Assembly (NCBI GenBank): GCA_905178155.1
Contig: CAJINV010000018.1
Location: forward strand, 1,338,190 to 1,402,189
Source: Amoebophrya sp. A120
Lineage: Eukaryota > Protista > Dinoflagellata
DNA: 64,000 bases
Reading direction: 5' to 3'
The translations under genes and the position numbers were made by a program. Shown here piece by piece: positions 11,762-25,700 of this stretch. The notes under the pieces were generated by a model, which was given only the letters and a program-made list of their open reading frames with translations, was not told where the DNA came from and ran no database searches. Position 1 is the stretch's first letter. The number at the start of each line of letters is the position of its first letter.

Positions 11762-13614
11762 GTGTTGAAGCTTTGTATTGTTGCGGTTCTTTCCAATTAC
11801 AAATGGAAACAAAAAGAACAATCCAAATGTTTATCCTGTTGCTGTCAAGAACATGACTCGGATAGTTTCGCCTGGATAGTGCCTCCCCCCCTCGCTCGCA
11901 GTAGGCCGCAGAACAACAGCAGTAACTCTACTATTTCAGCGACATCGCATGACAACTGCCACTCCACCCAGGATACTGATCAATCTAGAACTATTAGCGA
12001 TGCAGATATAACACAATTTCACGATGAAACGCATACTAGTGGTCAACTGCAAGAAGCGAGATCAGGACAGCAGAGCGAAAGTGATAATAATCAGCACGAC
12101 ACTTCTTCTAAAAACGCCGTCGATACTAGAGCCTCAGGAGCCTCCCTAAAAACTACATCAAGTAGATCTAGTTGTACAAGAAGAATAGATAGTAGCGCCG
12201 CACCAGATGTTGAGAACCAAAACAGTAACGTAGTAGAAGTAGTAGAGAGACACAGACATCAGCGCGAAGTTGTACTGGTATCAGGAAGCAATAGTACCGC
12301 GGACGAGCAGGAAAATGAAAACTGTACTTACGATGGGCAAAGCCAAAGCAGGGCCACAAGGCGGGTTTGTTCTGCGTCTGCCGACGAAGATGAATCTAGC
12401 ACGACCAACATTAGAGGCGGTGGACGTCGAGTAGCAGGACCACGGCAAGATACTATTAACCACGCTAGTACCAGCACCAGAGCTGCTCATGTTGCAAGAC
12501 TAGCTGCTGCTGCGCACCACGAGAACAACGAGTTATTTGCAGCTCGCCACGATAAGTTGTGCCTCTTTTTCGCGACCCTCGTGACCTACTTTGGGACCCT
12601 GTACGCGCAAGTAATCTTGAGATATGCATTGCAAAAGTATCGTCATTGTGCTAGTAGTAATCGCATTACAAATTAGCTCAGCGTGAAAAATGAAATTTGT
12701 AATGCTGTTTTACCTTGGGATGAGAATTTGTAATGCATGATTGCGATTACTACGAGTACGATACTTTTGCACAGGATATGAGAACGACCTCGGTAATTCT
12801 CGCGGGGACCTGTAGATTCAATTGCTTTGATTTTTTGCTTATCAAATGCAAATATGGCTGGGTCTGGAAGGTCGCAACTTGTCATGCCGTTTTTGGATTC
12901 TAAAAGAATTTGTATTGTGTGACCAGCAAGAGGGGTCCAGCTTGTTCTACGCGGACATGGCATTTCTCATGCGGAAGGCGCAGCAGGAAGCTCTCTAAAA
13001 GTCTGTGATGTTAGGTGCTGCATTCCAGACCTCATGGGTCATGAGAAATATGCATGACAAATCTGGCATCCTTCCAGACCCAGACATGTTTGCATTCGAT
13101 ATTGCTCTGCAGTCCGTTTTTGATCCGCCTCGTGCACTGCGGTCTGGTATCAAAGTGAAAAAAGCCCCCTCGTCCCCATATTGAAACGGAAATTTCTGTT
13201 GCTGGATTTGTGTACACAAATCAGATTTCTCTTGCTGGAGAGGACTGCAGGCCTATAGGAAGCCTGAGTAGAGAGGTTTTGGGCTAGGCGCCGAGCACGG
13301 CAAACGTCTAGTCTGTAGGGCCAACAGCATCACAAACCGACTGCAGGATGCGGCGGAGCCCGTCGCGTTGCGTTCTTGCAAGACAGAGACGATTTGTGGT
13401 CACAAATCGGCATTGCAAATTTTTTGAGACGCGCCTTTTCGATATGGCGAGGGGGGATTTTTCCTCACGATATCTGGTGTATTGCATGGTCTACCTAGTC
13501 CTGCTGATCACTGTAGTCTGTTCCTTTTTCAAGTTTGCGGTCCTACAAAGAAGAAGCGAAGCGATCGGAATTTGTACCATGGTCACGAACTTCTACACTT
13601 GCGGGTGTGTGTAG
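11762..13614 (+). CDS. Hypothetical membrane protein (low-complexity N-terminus, about 3 C-terminal TM helices); start uncertain
   Basis: Three introners removed in frame: ...YAQVILR|TTSVILAGTCRFNCFDFL|LCSPFLIRLVHCGL|VYCMVYLVLLITVVCSFFKF...CGCV*. Confidence 0.7.
12623..12778. mobile_element. Introner family D
   Basis: tatgcattgcaaaagtatcgt...acgatacttttgcacaggata; DR tgaga. Confidence 0.9.
12840..13101. mobile_element. Introner family A
   Basis: Family A TIRs; DR ttgct. Confidence 0.9.
13148..13472. mobile_element. Introner family B
   Basis: Family B TIRs; DR tctgg. Confidence 0.9.
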
Positions 13615-15391
13615 AATAGAAAAAAGCAAGTACTACAACTCACTCTATAATTGGTAGTTGCTGGTTCTTTTTGCAAATACAACTATATTACTCAGAGTTC
13701 GTGAGAAGTTGTTAATTCCCTCACTTGAAGATGATACACAACGACCACCCCTAATCTCACCGAAATCTTACCACTTCGAGGACACAAATCCCATCGAGCT
13801 TTATATTTTTCTCGCCTTATTATATTTTGCTCGCTTGGATCATCTACTCCTACACCTACTTCTACTTACTTCGGAGGTCGTGTAGCTCCAAATCACAAGT
13901 CTATTTTTCCTAGCAGCGACGATAAAAAACAGAAGAGCTACCCTGCTCCGCACCATTGCCGCCAATCTATAACAGCACGTGGTATTCTTGATTGATCCTG
14001 AAAGTACTATAGCTACATCAACCGCGTGGTTGATAGAAGGCCAAGAAGATCAAGATGTAAGCCGGACTAGTACAAGCACAGAGCAGGAGCGGCCAGAAGC
14101 AATTATACGGCGACTAGGTGGGTGATAGATCATGGATCTGTACTAGTAAGACGACGGCTGTGAAAATAGAAAAGTAAAAGTAAAACCGAAGGAACTACAG
14201 CACCATAAAGAACTTCTACACGACAGACGCGATGATAAAATGAGGAAGCGCTTTATTTTTTACACGACCCGGTTGTATTGAGAAGATCTTCATTTTGGTG
14301 TTTTGTCGTCGAGAAGATTTAGATAGTAGTTTGCTGTCAAATGAAACAAATCGCATTCGAAAAAACCAACAGCGGCCTCAGGAATCAACCGGGTAAGTAA
14401 GTAGTAGTAGTGTCCGTCACAGATTATACTTCGGATCTTCGGCGACGGAGTCTTCATAGTGACTTGCTATTACGTATTACTTCTACACACTCAACATTTT
14501 TATCTTAGACTAGCGTTTTTTCGAAAACACAAGTAGAAAAAGCAGAAAGACATACGGTAGGCACAACACAAAAATCAGCACTTTCTTCAACATCAGCGCT
14601 CGCACTCACCTTGTACAAGGAGTATCAAGTAGGACTTCGTTAGTTGTACTTGTTTTCCCATCTTCATCGTCCCGTTCTTCGCGGTTGATGTCGATAGATG
14701 CAAGGCACCAGCAGTATAGAACAGATACAATTACAAGTAGAGTTACAGGCGTTCTTGTTGACTACGATCGACACTATTTTTAACTTTTGACAACATCACA
14801 CAACCATCAAAAAGAATCTGATCAAGACCGTACTATATTTAGAAAAAACAATATGCAGTAGACGCTCACTCGCTAATCCATAGAGCTTTTTGTAGGACAC
14901 TACCTCCACCGGCACCGGCAATTACGTTGGTAGCTGCAGATAAAGAAAAATCTGGAAACAGGATCAGGATAGCTGTTTCTGGATCTGGACTAAAATTCTA
15001 CTTTGTCTTGCTTTTATTAGGTGGCCTCCTGCAATAAACTTGCTTCTTATAGCCTGTGGCCGCACCGCTGCATGATACTATTTTTAGACCGCACACTCGA
15101 CCAAAAAAACTGACTCGGACAATAACAATAGAAGAACCAGAATCCACTACTTTTTGTTGTACTAGGGATATTAACACAATAAACACCTGCTCTCCGCGTC
15201 CACTTCATTTATGTTACAAGACCTCAACCCCGCCCCATAAAAATTGTTGTGAAATTCAAGAGATAAGACCACCCGAAAGATAAAAGGTTACTACCCACCT
15301 TAAGCACTTCGTCCATAATATCTTCTCACACCTGTTAGGTTACTGGTCGTGAGATACTGTTCTACTTTCTTCCCCTTGGAACTACGTAGAT

Positions 15392-15670
15392 TATCCTGAT
15401 TAAAAACGTCCCCACACCAGAGTCAAGATGGGGATTTTGCAACACAAACCTAGGAGTTTTGTGAGTCACGCATGACAAAATGCAGTCCGTAAGGTAGTGC
15501 AAGTTAGCAAGGAAAGCCGCAGCACAAATCAATCTGCTGATCCTGTTTACAGCATTACAAGTTCCCAAACACGATTGAAAATGGCTGTCATGGGGTTGCG
15601 CATTACAAATGTTCCTGTCATGGCAAATCTGAATGGCAACTCTGGGGTGGGGACGTTTTTACACAGGATA
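15392..15670. mobile_element. Introner family C in apparently non-coding DNA
   Basis: Family C TIRs; DR tagat. Confidence 0.9.
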
Positions 15671-15734
15671 TAGATCGATATTGAATCTTATATCACGCGT
15701 TTTCATCATATGCGATTACGTTTAGCAGTTTCCA

Positions 15735-15997
15735 TATCGAATGCAAAAATGTCTGGGTCTGGAATGTTGCCGGGTTTGTCATGCATATTTTGCATGACCA
15801 AGGATTGTTTGTGATGCATGCCCTACCATCACAGACTTTTAGAACCCTTCCTGATGCCTAGTCCGCATGACAAATGCCCTCCCCGCGTAGCACAAACGAG
15901 ACTCCTCTTGCTGGTCATGCAATACAGATCTTTTTAGAGTCCAAAGTTAGCATCACAAGTTCCAACCTTCCAGACCCAGACATTTTTGCAATCCATA
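15735..15997. mobile_element. Introner family A in apparently non-coding DNA
   Basis: Family A TIRs; DR ttcca. Confidence 0.9.
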
Positions 15998-16762
15998 TTC
16001 CAAAAATATATACTGAAGCACTACTATATTGACCACGCTGCACCACTGACTTTTCCCGAAATCAATATCCTGAATCGCGATAATATTGGGCATCAAAAAT
16101 AAGATATTCATAAGCTACCTATCAAATTTGAATTCGCGATTTTAGCAGCAGCACTTACGATAAGGTGTGGACGACAGAAATATTGCCGTCTGACAAGGAA
16201 ACTTCACCCATATTTCTATTCATGAGAAACAGAAAATGCATATTTTCACTGCATTTCATCTTTGCCGCAGTCGATTGAGTTAGTATTGAACTCTGAAAGG
16301 TCTGAAACATCGACAGTAGGAGTTTCAGTATTTCCTCATCTTCAGCGGACGACAAGGGGGTTATTTTGAGAAATTACAACTTTATCAGTACCTTCACAGT
16401 TTAATTATACAACTTCTTATTCTACTCAACGACTGGTAGTAAGTAAAAGAAATTTATTTCAGAAGTATTCGCTCACGAAATCAGAACAATTTTTACTTCT
16501 CTAACTCTTGCAATAAGCAACTAGTGCTGGATTGCTCTCTATTTTTCGTCTCCAACGAAATCTTCAAATTGATTTCTTCACCAGAAACGAACCTCCATCT
16601 CCAGCACGGGTGTTGGTAGAAGGAAGAAAAAACAAGACAGAAGGAAGAAAAAACAAGACCACAACTCCCGAGGACTACGAACAGCAGCCTCATCTTTCTG
16701 TTGCAGAACATACAGTGTCTAACTCCGGAACTACAGCAGCCTGAACTTGTTCCTCGAAGATC

Positions 16763-19700
16763 ATGATGCCCGCGACGAGAACCCCGGTTCCCGGCCTGCC
16801 GGTTTCCTCGGAGGCGGGGCGGACCAACCGGACGCTGTATGTGTTTCGCAAGACCGATCTGCGGCTGCTGGACAACCGCGCGCTGGCGCACGCCCGGCGG
16901 CTGATGGCCGCGGCGGCGGCGCGGAACGAGAGTCCCACGATCACCTTTGTCGTGGTGTTGGACGTTGCACAGGAGTGGAACCGCACCGGGGAGGTGTCCC
17001 TGCTCGCGAGCGCGGGGCACCAGCGCCGCCGGTTTTACCGGGAGTGCTGTGAGGACCTGGAGGAGTCGCTGCAAAAGTTGGAGTGGTTGCGAAACATCCA
17101 GAAGAACCGCATCACCACCACGGTGAAGGCCGGATTGCCGCGTTACCAGACCACAACCACCGCTTCGGGAAAGACTTCATCAGCTTCCGCGTCCGCTGCA
17201 AGCGAAGTAGTAGAAGATGGGGATAAAAAGGACAATGAGGATCTCGTCCCCCGCCCGCGCCTCAGCAGCCAGGCGAACTCGTTTTTTAAAGACCAGTCCC
17301 CCCGGGTGAGCCTGGAGCTGGCCAGCAACAGAAACATCAAGCGACTCGTCAAGCCGCCGCCAGGTCTGGAAGGAGAGATCGATGATCTGGAGGCCCGTGT
17401 CGCAAGTGTACAACGGGAGACTATATCAAATGCAAAAATGTCTGGCTCTGGGAGGATGGAAGTGGAACTTGTGATGCGTCCTGTGGGTCACACAAAAGTC
17501 TGTGTTGCGTGATCACCAAAAGTTGTCCTTTTTTGACCAACATGAGCGGGTGTTTCTCATGCAGTATAGGCATGATAGAAACTTCGCAGAATCTGTCATG
17601 CTAGGTCCTGCATTCCAGACCTCATGGGGCATGGAAAATATGCATGACAAGTCTGCACTCTTCCAGACCCAGACATTTTTGCATTTGATAGACTAGCAAA
17701 AATTCATCCAGTAGTTCTTGTGCCAATTCGTGTTCCACCTCCGGTGGACTCAATACTGCATCTTCCAATAATATTACCCAGCAGCCCGCTTCGTCCAGGA
17801 ACAAGATGAACACGAAGAACAGTAGAACCCCGTCGACGACGTCCAACATCATGCAACTCCCCACGGTGGCTGGTGGAGCCGCTGGTGCCTCATCTTCTCT
17901 CACAACAACTACCTCATCTTCGTCCTCCCCCCCCGACCTGCTCTTTTGCTCCGAGCTGGATTTCGTGTCGTTTCTGAAGGAAGTGCACAGTTTCTTCGAC
18001 CACATTGTTTGTACGAAAGAGGTGGGTGTGCGCGAGGACCGGCTGGAAAAGGAGGCGAAAGAGTTCTGCGAGGAAAAACTCCACGTCGTGATGGATGACA
18101 CCATGATCGCTGAGGAGTGGTTTCCCTTTCGCCTGGACTTCGCCAACACCGCGAAGTACATCAGTTCGTACCCGCAGAAGTACCAGAACCAGTGGTACTC
18201 CCCGCCGCGGCACCGCGAAATGACCTACGAGGACCACCGGCCCCGGCTGACCACGATCAGCCCCGCCGCGCAGATGCGGCTGGGGCGCACCCTGCCCATG
18301 ATGAAGGACACCTACACCGGGTTCCGGACCTATTTGGAGCAAAACATGGACCGCTATCAAATGAAAAATCTCCCCTCCCCATATCGAAAGGGAAGTCTGT
18401 GATGCTGTATTTGCGTACACAAATCAGCTTTGTCTTGCAGTAGAGCACTGCAGGCAGATGCAAAGCCCCGGAAGGGGTGGCTTGAGGTAGTCACTTAGCA
18501 TGGCAGACGTCTGCCGCATTGGCGCAGCAGCGTGACAAATCGCCTGCGAAATGCGGCGGAAGCTCTGGCGTTGCCCTCTTGCAAGACAGACTCGATTTGT
18601 GACCACAAAGCCGCAGCGCAAATTTTGAAAAGCACGCCTTTTATTCGATATGGGGAGAGGGGATTTTTCCTCACAATAACCGCGACGAGCAGAGCCACAC
18701 GCTGGGGGTGTACCAGTTCGTGGACCGCTACTGCCCGGATTTAGCGCTGTCTCTCTCCGTATCAAATGCAAAAATGTCTGGATGTCTGGAAACTTGTAAT
18801 GCTGCGTTGGGAGCAGTGAATGCTCTGTAATGCACCACCAAGCATGAGAAATATCTGCGCTTCTTTGTGTTGCGTTTTTCGCATGACAAACTGCGTTTCC
18901 TCGGTGCTGAGACAGGTTCCCTCGGTGCTGAGACAGGGAGTTTGCACAGAGTTATTTCTACCTAGATAACAACCTACTCACGTCGCAGCCGTCCCAGGAG
19001 TTTCGGTTGTTGTCTCTCGGTAGAAATCACGCTGTTCAAAATTTCTGTTTTGGAGTTTACCGGGTACGCGGTTAAGAGTTTGTCGACGTAATTTACAAAG
19101 GGACGCCCTGCCCTTAGTTTCCCAGCATGACAAACTGCGTTTTTGCATGATCGGCAAAAGGGTCTCTTCTTGGACACGCATCACAAACTTTTTGGTCATG
19201 CCAGACAAGCTAGCATGACAAATCTCGCAATTTTCCAGACCCAGACACTTTTGCAGTTCATACTCCGCCAAGGAGATGGAGTCCGTGTACGGTGCCCGCC
19301 GCGATTTTGGGCAGCCGTGTTTGGATAGCGACGGGGAACTATCAAATGTAAAAATGTCTGGGTCTGGAAGAATGGAACTTGTGATGCTGCATTTGGATTC
19401 CAGAAGAATCTGTAGTGCATCGGTACCAAGAGAAATGTAATGCTTGCTACGCGGAGAGGGCATTTGTCATGCGGAATAGGTGGGAGTGTATAGAGTGTAT
19501 AGAGCTGGTTTTGAAAGCCAAAGAGCTCGTTCTGAAAGTCAAAATAATATTCTGGACTAAGTTGAAAAAGTCTCCGTTTTAAAACTCGGCACTGGTAGTT
19601 CGTTGTATGTTTTCGTTCTCCGTCTTAAGTACGTCTTCAGCAACGTGGCAGTTTCGGTTCGTAGTATCATTAAGTTAGTAACATGAGATTCGTATCGAAA

Positions 19701-22700
19701 GAAAGAATCAACGAAAGAAGAAAAATTGAAACTCAAAAATTCGGTTCGTCTTCGTGTGTATCTCGTCTCGTAACGTCTTAGGTTGTTTTAGTTTTATACA
19801 CCTCTGCCAGGTGTCGACACTGCACCTGCCATTCGGCAGGAGGAGAGTCGTATACTTTTTTGTCTGCATGGGCTTACTTTTAGAAGACTGCGATGGGAGG
19901 TCCCGCGGGTATTGGTGAGCTAGCACCCTCGGGCTTTACCCTGCATGACCAGGGCCCTCCCATGTGAGCACTTACTTCGTACCTCCAGGCTTTTGGTTGG
20001 CATCCTTGGTCGGATGTTCCTGTTCTTGGTTGAAGTAGGACCCCGTGTGGCTGTAGCGTCTTCCTGCTTGCCCTGCTTAGTTTTTTGGCCGCGCCCCGTC
20101 GAACTTCGTACAAGAAAGCTTTCGTCTCTCCCTCGTACAAATCTCGTCTCCCCTTCCCGACGTAGTTAAACCGGTTATTCACTCCTTTACCTTATCCCCC
20201 CCCTTGCACAGCTACAGCTATCACGCTTTGTTATTTTAGAAATTGTTTTAGTGTTGGTTAAGTGGTTACTTTCATATGCTTTATTGGTTTTAGTAGGGCA
20301 TGATGCCAACGGGGACGGACAGCCCTTAGAACTCCGATGTCATGAAGGGTTTGCTATTGCTGTGGTGGCAGTAATTAAGCAGCTCTATTTCCTTTTCCTT
20401 TCCAAAACTTCCAGGGTTTCGTGTGTACTTCGTATAAGAACATGACACTAAGCTCTCACAAGTCGTGCTGCTGGTTGGTTCGCTTCACCTTCGTCCACTC
20501 AAATCAAACGGTCTCGGTCGGTCGTACGTAAAGTTTCGTTTAAAGTCTAAAATTGCACTAAGTATTCATATCATCAGTTTGTATGCAAGGACCAATGCGA
20601 ACAAAATACATAATATAAATATCTGCATCGCGGGTCGTACGGAACCGCGCGGGGTCGTAAACGGGTAGGGGACGAACAGGCACCCCAAAACGAAATTACC
20701 TACCTGAACCGAAAAAGTTTTTTCTTGCCGACCAGTGCGGATTGCAAAATGACTACTACTACCACGGATGAGGATGCGCTATTACACTACCACGGTCTGC
20801 GCACGAGTACGGACGTACACGTACACCAAGCAACGTTAAGCCCTCAACCAGTGCAGGCCCCCGTAACAGAAGGCATCTATCAGTTACGCACAGCTGTAGC
20901 AGCACCGATCCAACCGTCCCAACCCCTTCCCCCTACTTTTCGCGGTTTACGGACGTCTATTGCCGGAAACGGACTCAGGGCTTCGTACACACGAAGACCA
21001 CTAGATTCCGCTGCTATCATTCAGCCCTATACTGACGCGGTTGCTACGGACACACAGCCGGTCGGTGCCGGAGTTCCACAGCAGGTAACGCGACCTCCGT
21101 TCCGCCTTCTGTCTACAGAATCCCAAGAAGACCGGTGCAGCTGGGAACCGGGAAAGGAGTACTGGACGTTCAGTTGGGGCACGCTCCGCTGGCAGTACGA
21201 CTTCTTTCGGGGTACTTGGCGATACGAGGACTCCATCCACCGAGCCAACCAACAAATCCAGAGCTGGGAAGACGCGGGTTTTCGGGTCGAGAATGGCGAA
21301 ATACGGCCGCAGTCGTGATCCCTTACTCTAGCTGGTTTACAGCTCAATATCTATTGTTCGTCTCATGTAGTTTTTCAAAATGGCTTCGCACATCCAGCGC
21401 CCTCTCATGGCGGAGCCGAACCGAAATTCTACAGTAGCTCGGGCGAACATCATCGGTCCTCACGTCCCGGCTTCTCGACATGTTCCTTCTCTGTCGCTAC
21501 AAGTGCTACAGAAGCCGTCTCGGCCATTAGCTCCGAGCCCCCCGATGGAAAACTTCCTACATGCGGTGAGCAACTCGATTGTAGCAGTCGCGGAGTTTTG
21601 TGATGTACAACAATTGTACACAAGCGACTTATTCGCAATAAAAAACGATTTCAAGAAGGAGGGTTTGCCGGTGGCTTGGATGGCGGATTATTCGATACCG
21701 CTGCAGATGAAGGCGGCATCCTTCAAAAGACACGTCCTGGCCCCCAACAATTGGTACTCGGATCGACTACGACCGGACTTGTTTACGCTGGACCGTGCCC
21801 ACATGTTGCAGTGTTGTCGCGCAGCAAAAGGCAACCCATGCAGTCTTTGCTCGTCAGCCTCCTCCGACCGTTTCTTACAGGTAAGCGGCAAGCTGCTAGA
21901 AGTGCGGGCTCGTGAGCAAAGGTCCTGTGATGAAGCGGGTAACACTAGTCTGGTCTACTTGCGACGGTGCAGCTGCGGACTATCATACGTGGGCAAGGCC
22001 CACACGGGCGCCGGAGCGGGGACGAGATTCCATTCCCACGCTAACCATGCCGAGCGGGTGTGTTTGGAAGCAGAAGGCCACCCGATGTATGCGCGCCAGA
22101 AGCTGTACCTTAGCCACGCAGTAACAACGGATGTTTTGTTCTGTATGGACAAAGTGGAAGCCAACCGCACCGCTACGCTTCCAGACGGCTCCACCATGTC
22201 ACAAATAGATGCATGGGAGTCGTTTTGGATAGTCGCACTCCGCACGTACTACCCCTGGGGTTTTAGCCTGGAGTTTAAGGACGTAACGCATCCTTCGGCT
22301 CCTCGCCGTCGGCCCTGCCCCGAAGATGCTGCGAGCATGTGCCGCCGGCTCTCAGAGCAGGGCGATGTATTAAAGGTGCAGCGTCTGCAACGTAACCTCA
22401 AGCGATACGTGGCGGCGGTGCAAGCAGGCAACAACAACTTCCTTCCAGATACGGCTCTGGTACAGACAACTCACATCGGTACCCCAGGACTGATTAGTCC
22501 CAATCCGGATGCGGGCCGCATCTTCCGAGAACCTGAAGCACCTCAAGCGGGGACTCCAGGTACCCAGGACGTTGGAATTAGTTGCACGCAGGACGTCGGA
22601 ATTAGTTGCACGCAGGAGTCTGACGAGGTCCTGCCTGCACCTCACACCAGTGCTTGTGTACCAGTCCCGCGGGTACAAGTTTTCGTGGGTAAGCGCAAAT

Positions 22701-25700
22701 CCCAAAGACTAGTAGCAAACGAGCCGGAACTAAAACGCCGCAGTATGCTGGCTCCGGATCAAAAAACTCCCTTACGACCATGCCGGCTGTCTATGCGTCC
22801 TCGCCTGGTAGAGCTGCCTGCTGAAGCTAAAACTCCGCTCCTGTCTGCTGGCCCAGTAGTGTCGCCCTCCCGCAAGAGCAGCATGGTGCAAGAGCTTTTT
22901 CGACGTAAATTCAGCACGGTGCGGGGTAGTGATGATAAACGAACGGCACAGCGGATGATCTTCACTCCTGTAGAAGAAGCCAAAGACCACTTGCTCTCAC
23001 TCGATGATCCAGGTGCGGCAAACTTACCTCTTGCCCAGACGGAGCATCCGGATGCGGCCTTCTCCACGAAACTACCAAAGACTGCAGCGGAAGTCAAAAA
23101 AATCTTACTGGCACTCGTGTGGTTATTCTTCACACTCGACCCGCCTCAGGATTTTGCAGCTTCTGGTAGGTGGTTGCCGGTACCTTCATGGCACATTGGA
23201 GCAGCGAAATTTAACACCATTTCTTGGCTCCTCAAGATACTTGCCGGTTGTAGCAAGCAGCTGCTGCGAGCACTACGACTCCACCTGACCACTGCGTACG
23301 TACTACCGCAACAACAGCTGTTCCTGCTCCAGGAACTGGTCGAAAGCCGCCTACGCTTGACGAAGTTGGCGGATGACAAGCAAACCCGGGATGGTAAGAA
23401 AGCGGTGATCTTCTTTTACCACCACAAAGTGGTCGACATGCTCAATCTTCGCTCCACATTCAGACATGTGTTGAGCGACAGATTCTTAGCATTTACTTAC
23501 GGCCCCCCGGTGTGCTTGACCACCTTCAGCCTGAGACTGAAAACCATCCCCGCATCCTGCTCTTCGTTGAAATGTGCTTGCGCAGATTATCGTCGCTACT
23601 TCGACGATGGATGCACGTGGGGAGGACATTTGGCGATGCCCGCCACGGCTGCGAACATCCAGGTGTTGTGCGGACCTGCTTTCGATTCTGTGGTGTCTTC
23701 CAAGGTGGCACTGCTAATGCGGCCGAAGTTCCGGGTCGAGCAAAAGTTTTCCGCTACGAAATTGCTCGAGCGAGTGCCGATTGCAGATCAAGAGTTGATC
23801 CAGGACGTACGCCACTTTTTCTGGTGCAATGCGGTGTCCGAAGGCGACGAGCAACTAGCCGAAGTGGACTGGAACAGACACTGCGGACGGATCTGCAGCC
23901 CCGATTCCGGTTCCCGACGCCAACGGCCGCGTAGTAGAGCGGTCCGCTGCGTCTACGTTCGAATGGGGCAAGTTCACCACTGCTTTCGACGTAGTACGGA
24001 ACCTCCAGCAACTCTTCGTTTTTGGGTACTACGACAAAGCTACTTCTACCACCTGGATGATGTGCAAAAGCTTGTGCGCGGCGCTGTTGATGGAGGATCT
24101 GGGAATGGCTGGTCGTGGGTCTTTCCCGACTGACACTAGCTCCGATTACCACCGTGCAGACTTCGTAGAGCCGCTTCCTAAGACCAGTGTCCCTGCTGCT
24201 TCCGCAACAGTTACGTCCCCGGTGGCAGAGTTGTCGAAACCGAAACAGCCTGCAACTTTTCTGCCGATTTCCTCGCAGGCTTCCGCAAGTAATAGGGTAG
24301 TACGGATCGAGGAGAAATCTTCGGGTAATCAGCTGGCGGTAGCTCCAGAAATACTTTCCAGTCGCTCGGACGTGGAACGGAGGGACGGGTCCTCACATCA
24401 GCCTACTCCGGCTAATAGAGGACTTTACCTGCAACGAAACAAGTTCGGGCTGCCAGCGACAACGTCGGATAAGATCGAAGCAATGGATCGTGATCTGATC
24501 GAAGAAACGAAGAATGAACTACACAACGTGAAAAACTTGATGCAGTTCGTGCTCCGCAAAAGCGACCGACTCCTTAGCCTGGGCCAGCTCACTTCCACCG
24601 ATCAACCGCACGCGCTGATGCAAGCCAAGATCAAGCTCCATGCAGAAATAGAGGCGGCTATTGAATTGGCCCTGGAGAATTTGGAAAAAGAGCAAGCTGG
24701 CACCAAGATACTCCGGCAACTCGCAGAAGCAGAAGCAGCAAGAAAAGCAGTGCAAGCGGAGCTAAAACAAAACATACCCAAGGCGTCGGTGCCGTTAGCC
24801 GCCTCGGTTAATGCAGTCCATGTCCGCCCCTTCCCCTCCGCGCTGTCAGGCAAGCGGCAGTCGTTGATGTGGAAAATTAGTGCACATGCCGGTTGGAGAG
24901 TCATCTCTAAAAGCCTTTTAAGAGGAATTAAAGGCGTTGGCTGTGCTCTGGACATGCATCGCGCGGCACAAGCCGGACTCGAAAAACTAGCGGTTTTTGA
25001 TCTGCGAGCGGGAATTACGCAAACCGTTACAAAACAAGTGCTGAAGCCCGTTGCGCAGTCGGGCTGCGTTGTTGCCTTCAAACATCAGCAGCTGTACGCG
25101 TCGACCGCAATCCTCGCCAAAGCGCCGATCCTCCAGTTGAGCTCGGGCCCAGAAAAATGCCAGTGGTTGTCGCCTATCTTCGTGCTCTCAAATGCAGTAG
25201 TTCAGATACTGTTTAGAGACGAAACGAAGAGGAACTTCTTACAATGGGCTGCTGAATCGATCAGCTTAGGTTTGTTCTCCAGTAAGCTGAAAGAAAACCC
25301 GCTTCCTGTTACGGCCCTAGACCGGTGGATTAGTAAACACGAAGTGGCGGAACTGCTACAAATGGGGATGAAACCGGCAGGCGACACGGGTGACACCAGT
25401 ACGACTCACACCTCCTTGCTGCTGGATGCAGACCCACTATCGGCGTTCGAGCTTTGGCTCGATGATGATACCACGGAGGACCCCGGTCCCCCTCCACTGT
25501 CGATCATCGGGGCGCAGCCGCTAGATACATCGGCCAGCACTAGTAGTAACCTGGTCCCAGGCCCGCACCTGGGCGTGGCAGTTAACCTCCTTGACGTTGC
25601 GGCTGGACTTGCTGTAGACGAGGAAGATGAGGACCTGCAGGTGGAGTCGAACCTATTCAACGACAGCAGCGTCAACGCTAGCAACAGGTCGTTACTAAAC

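Noticed and set aside
19600-19648. Antisense hammerhead ribozyme (CUGAAGA...GAAA with a cgttg/caacg stem)
   Set aside because: Stem II register is off, there is no stem III, and the UH site is lost in the right repeat
20520-20590. Antisense hammerhead (CUGAUGA...GAAAC)
   Set aside because: No convincing stem II or stem I pairing
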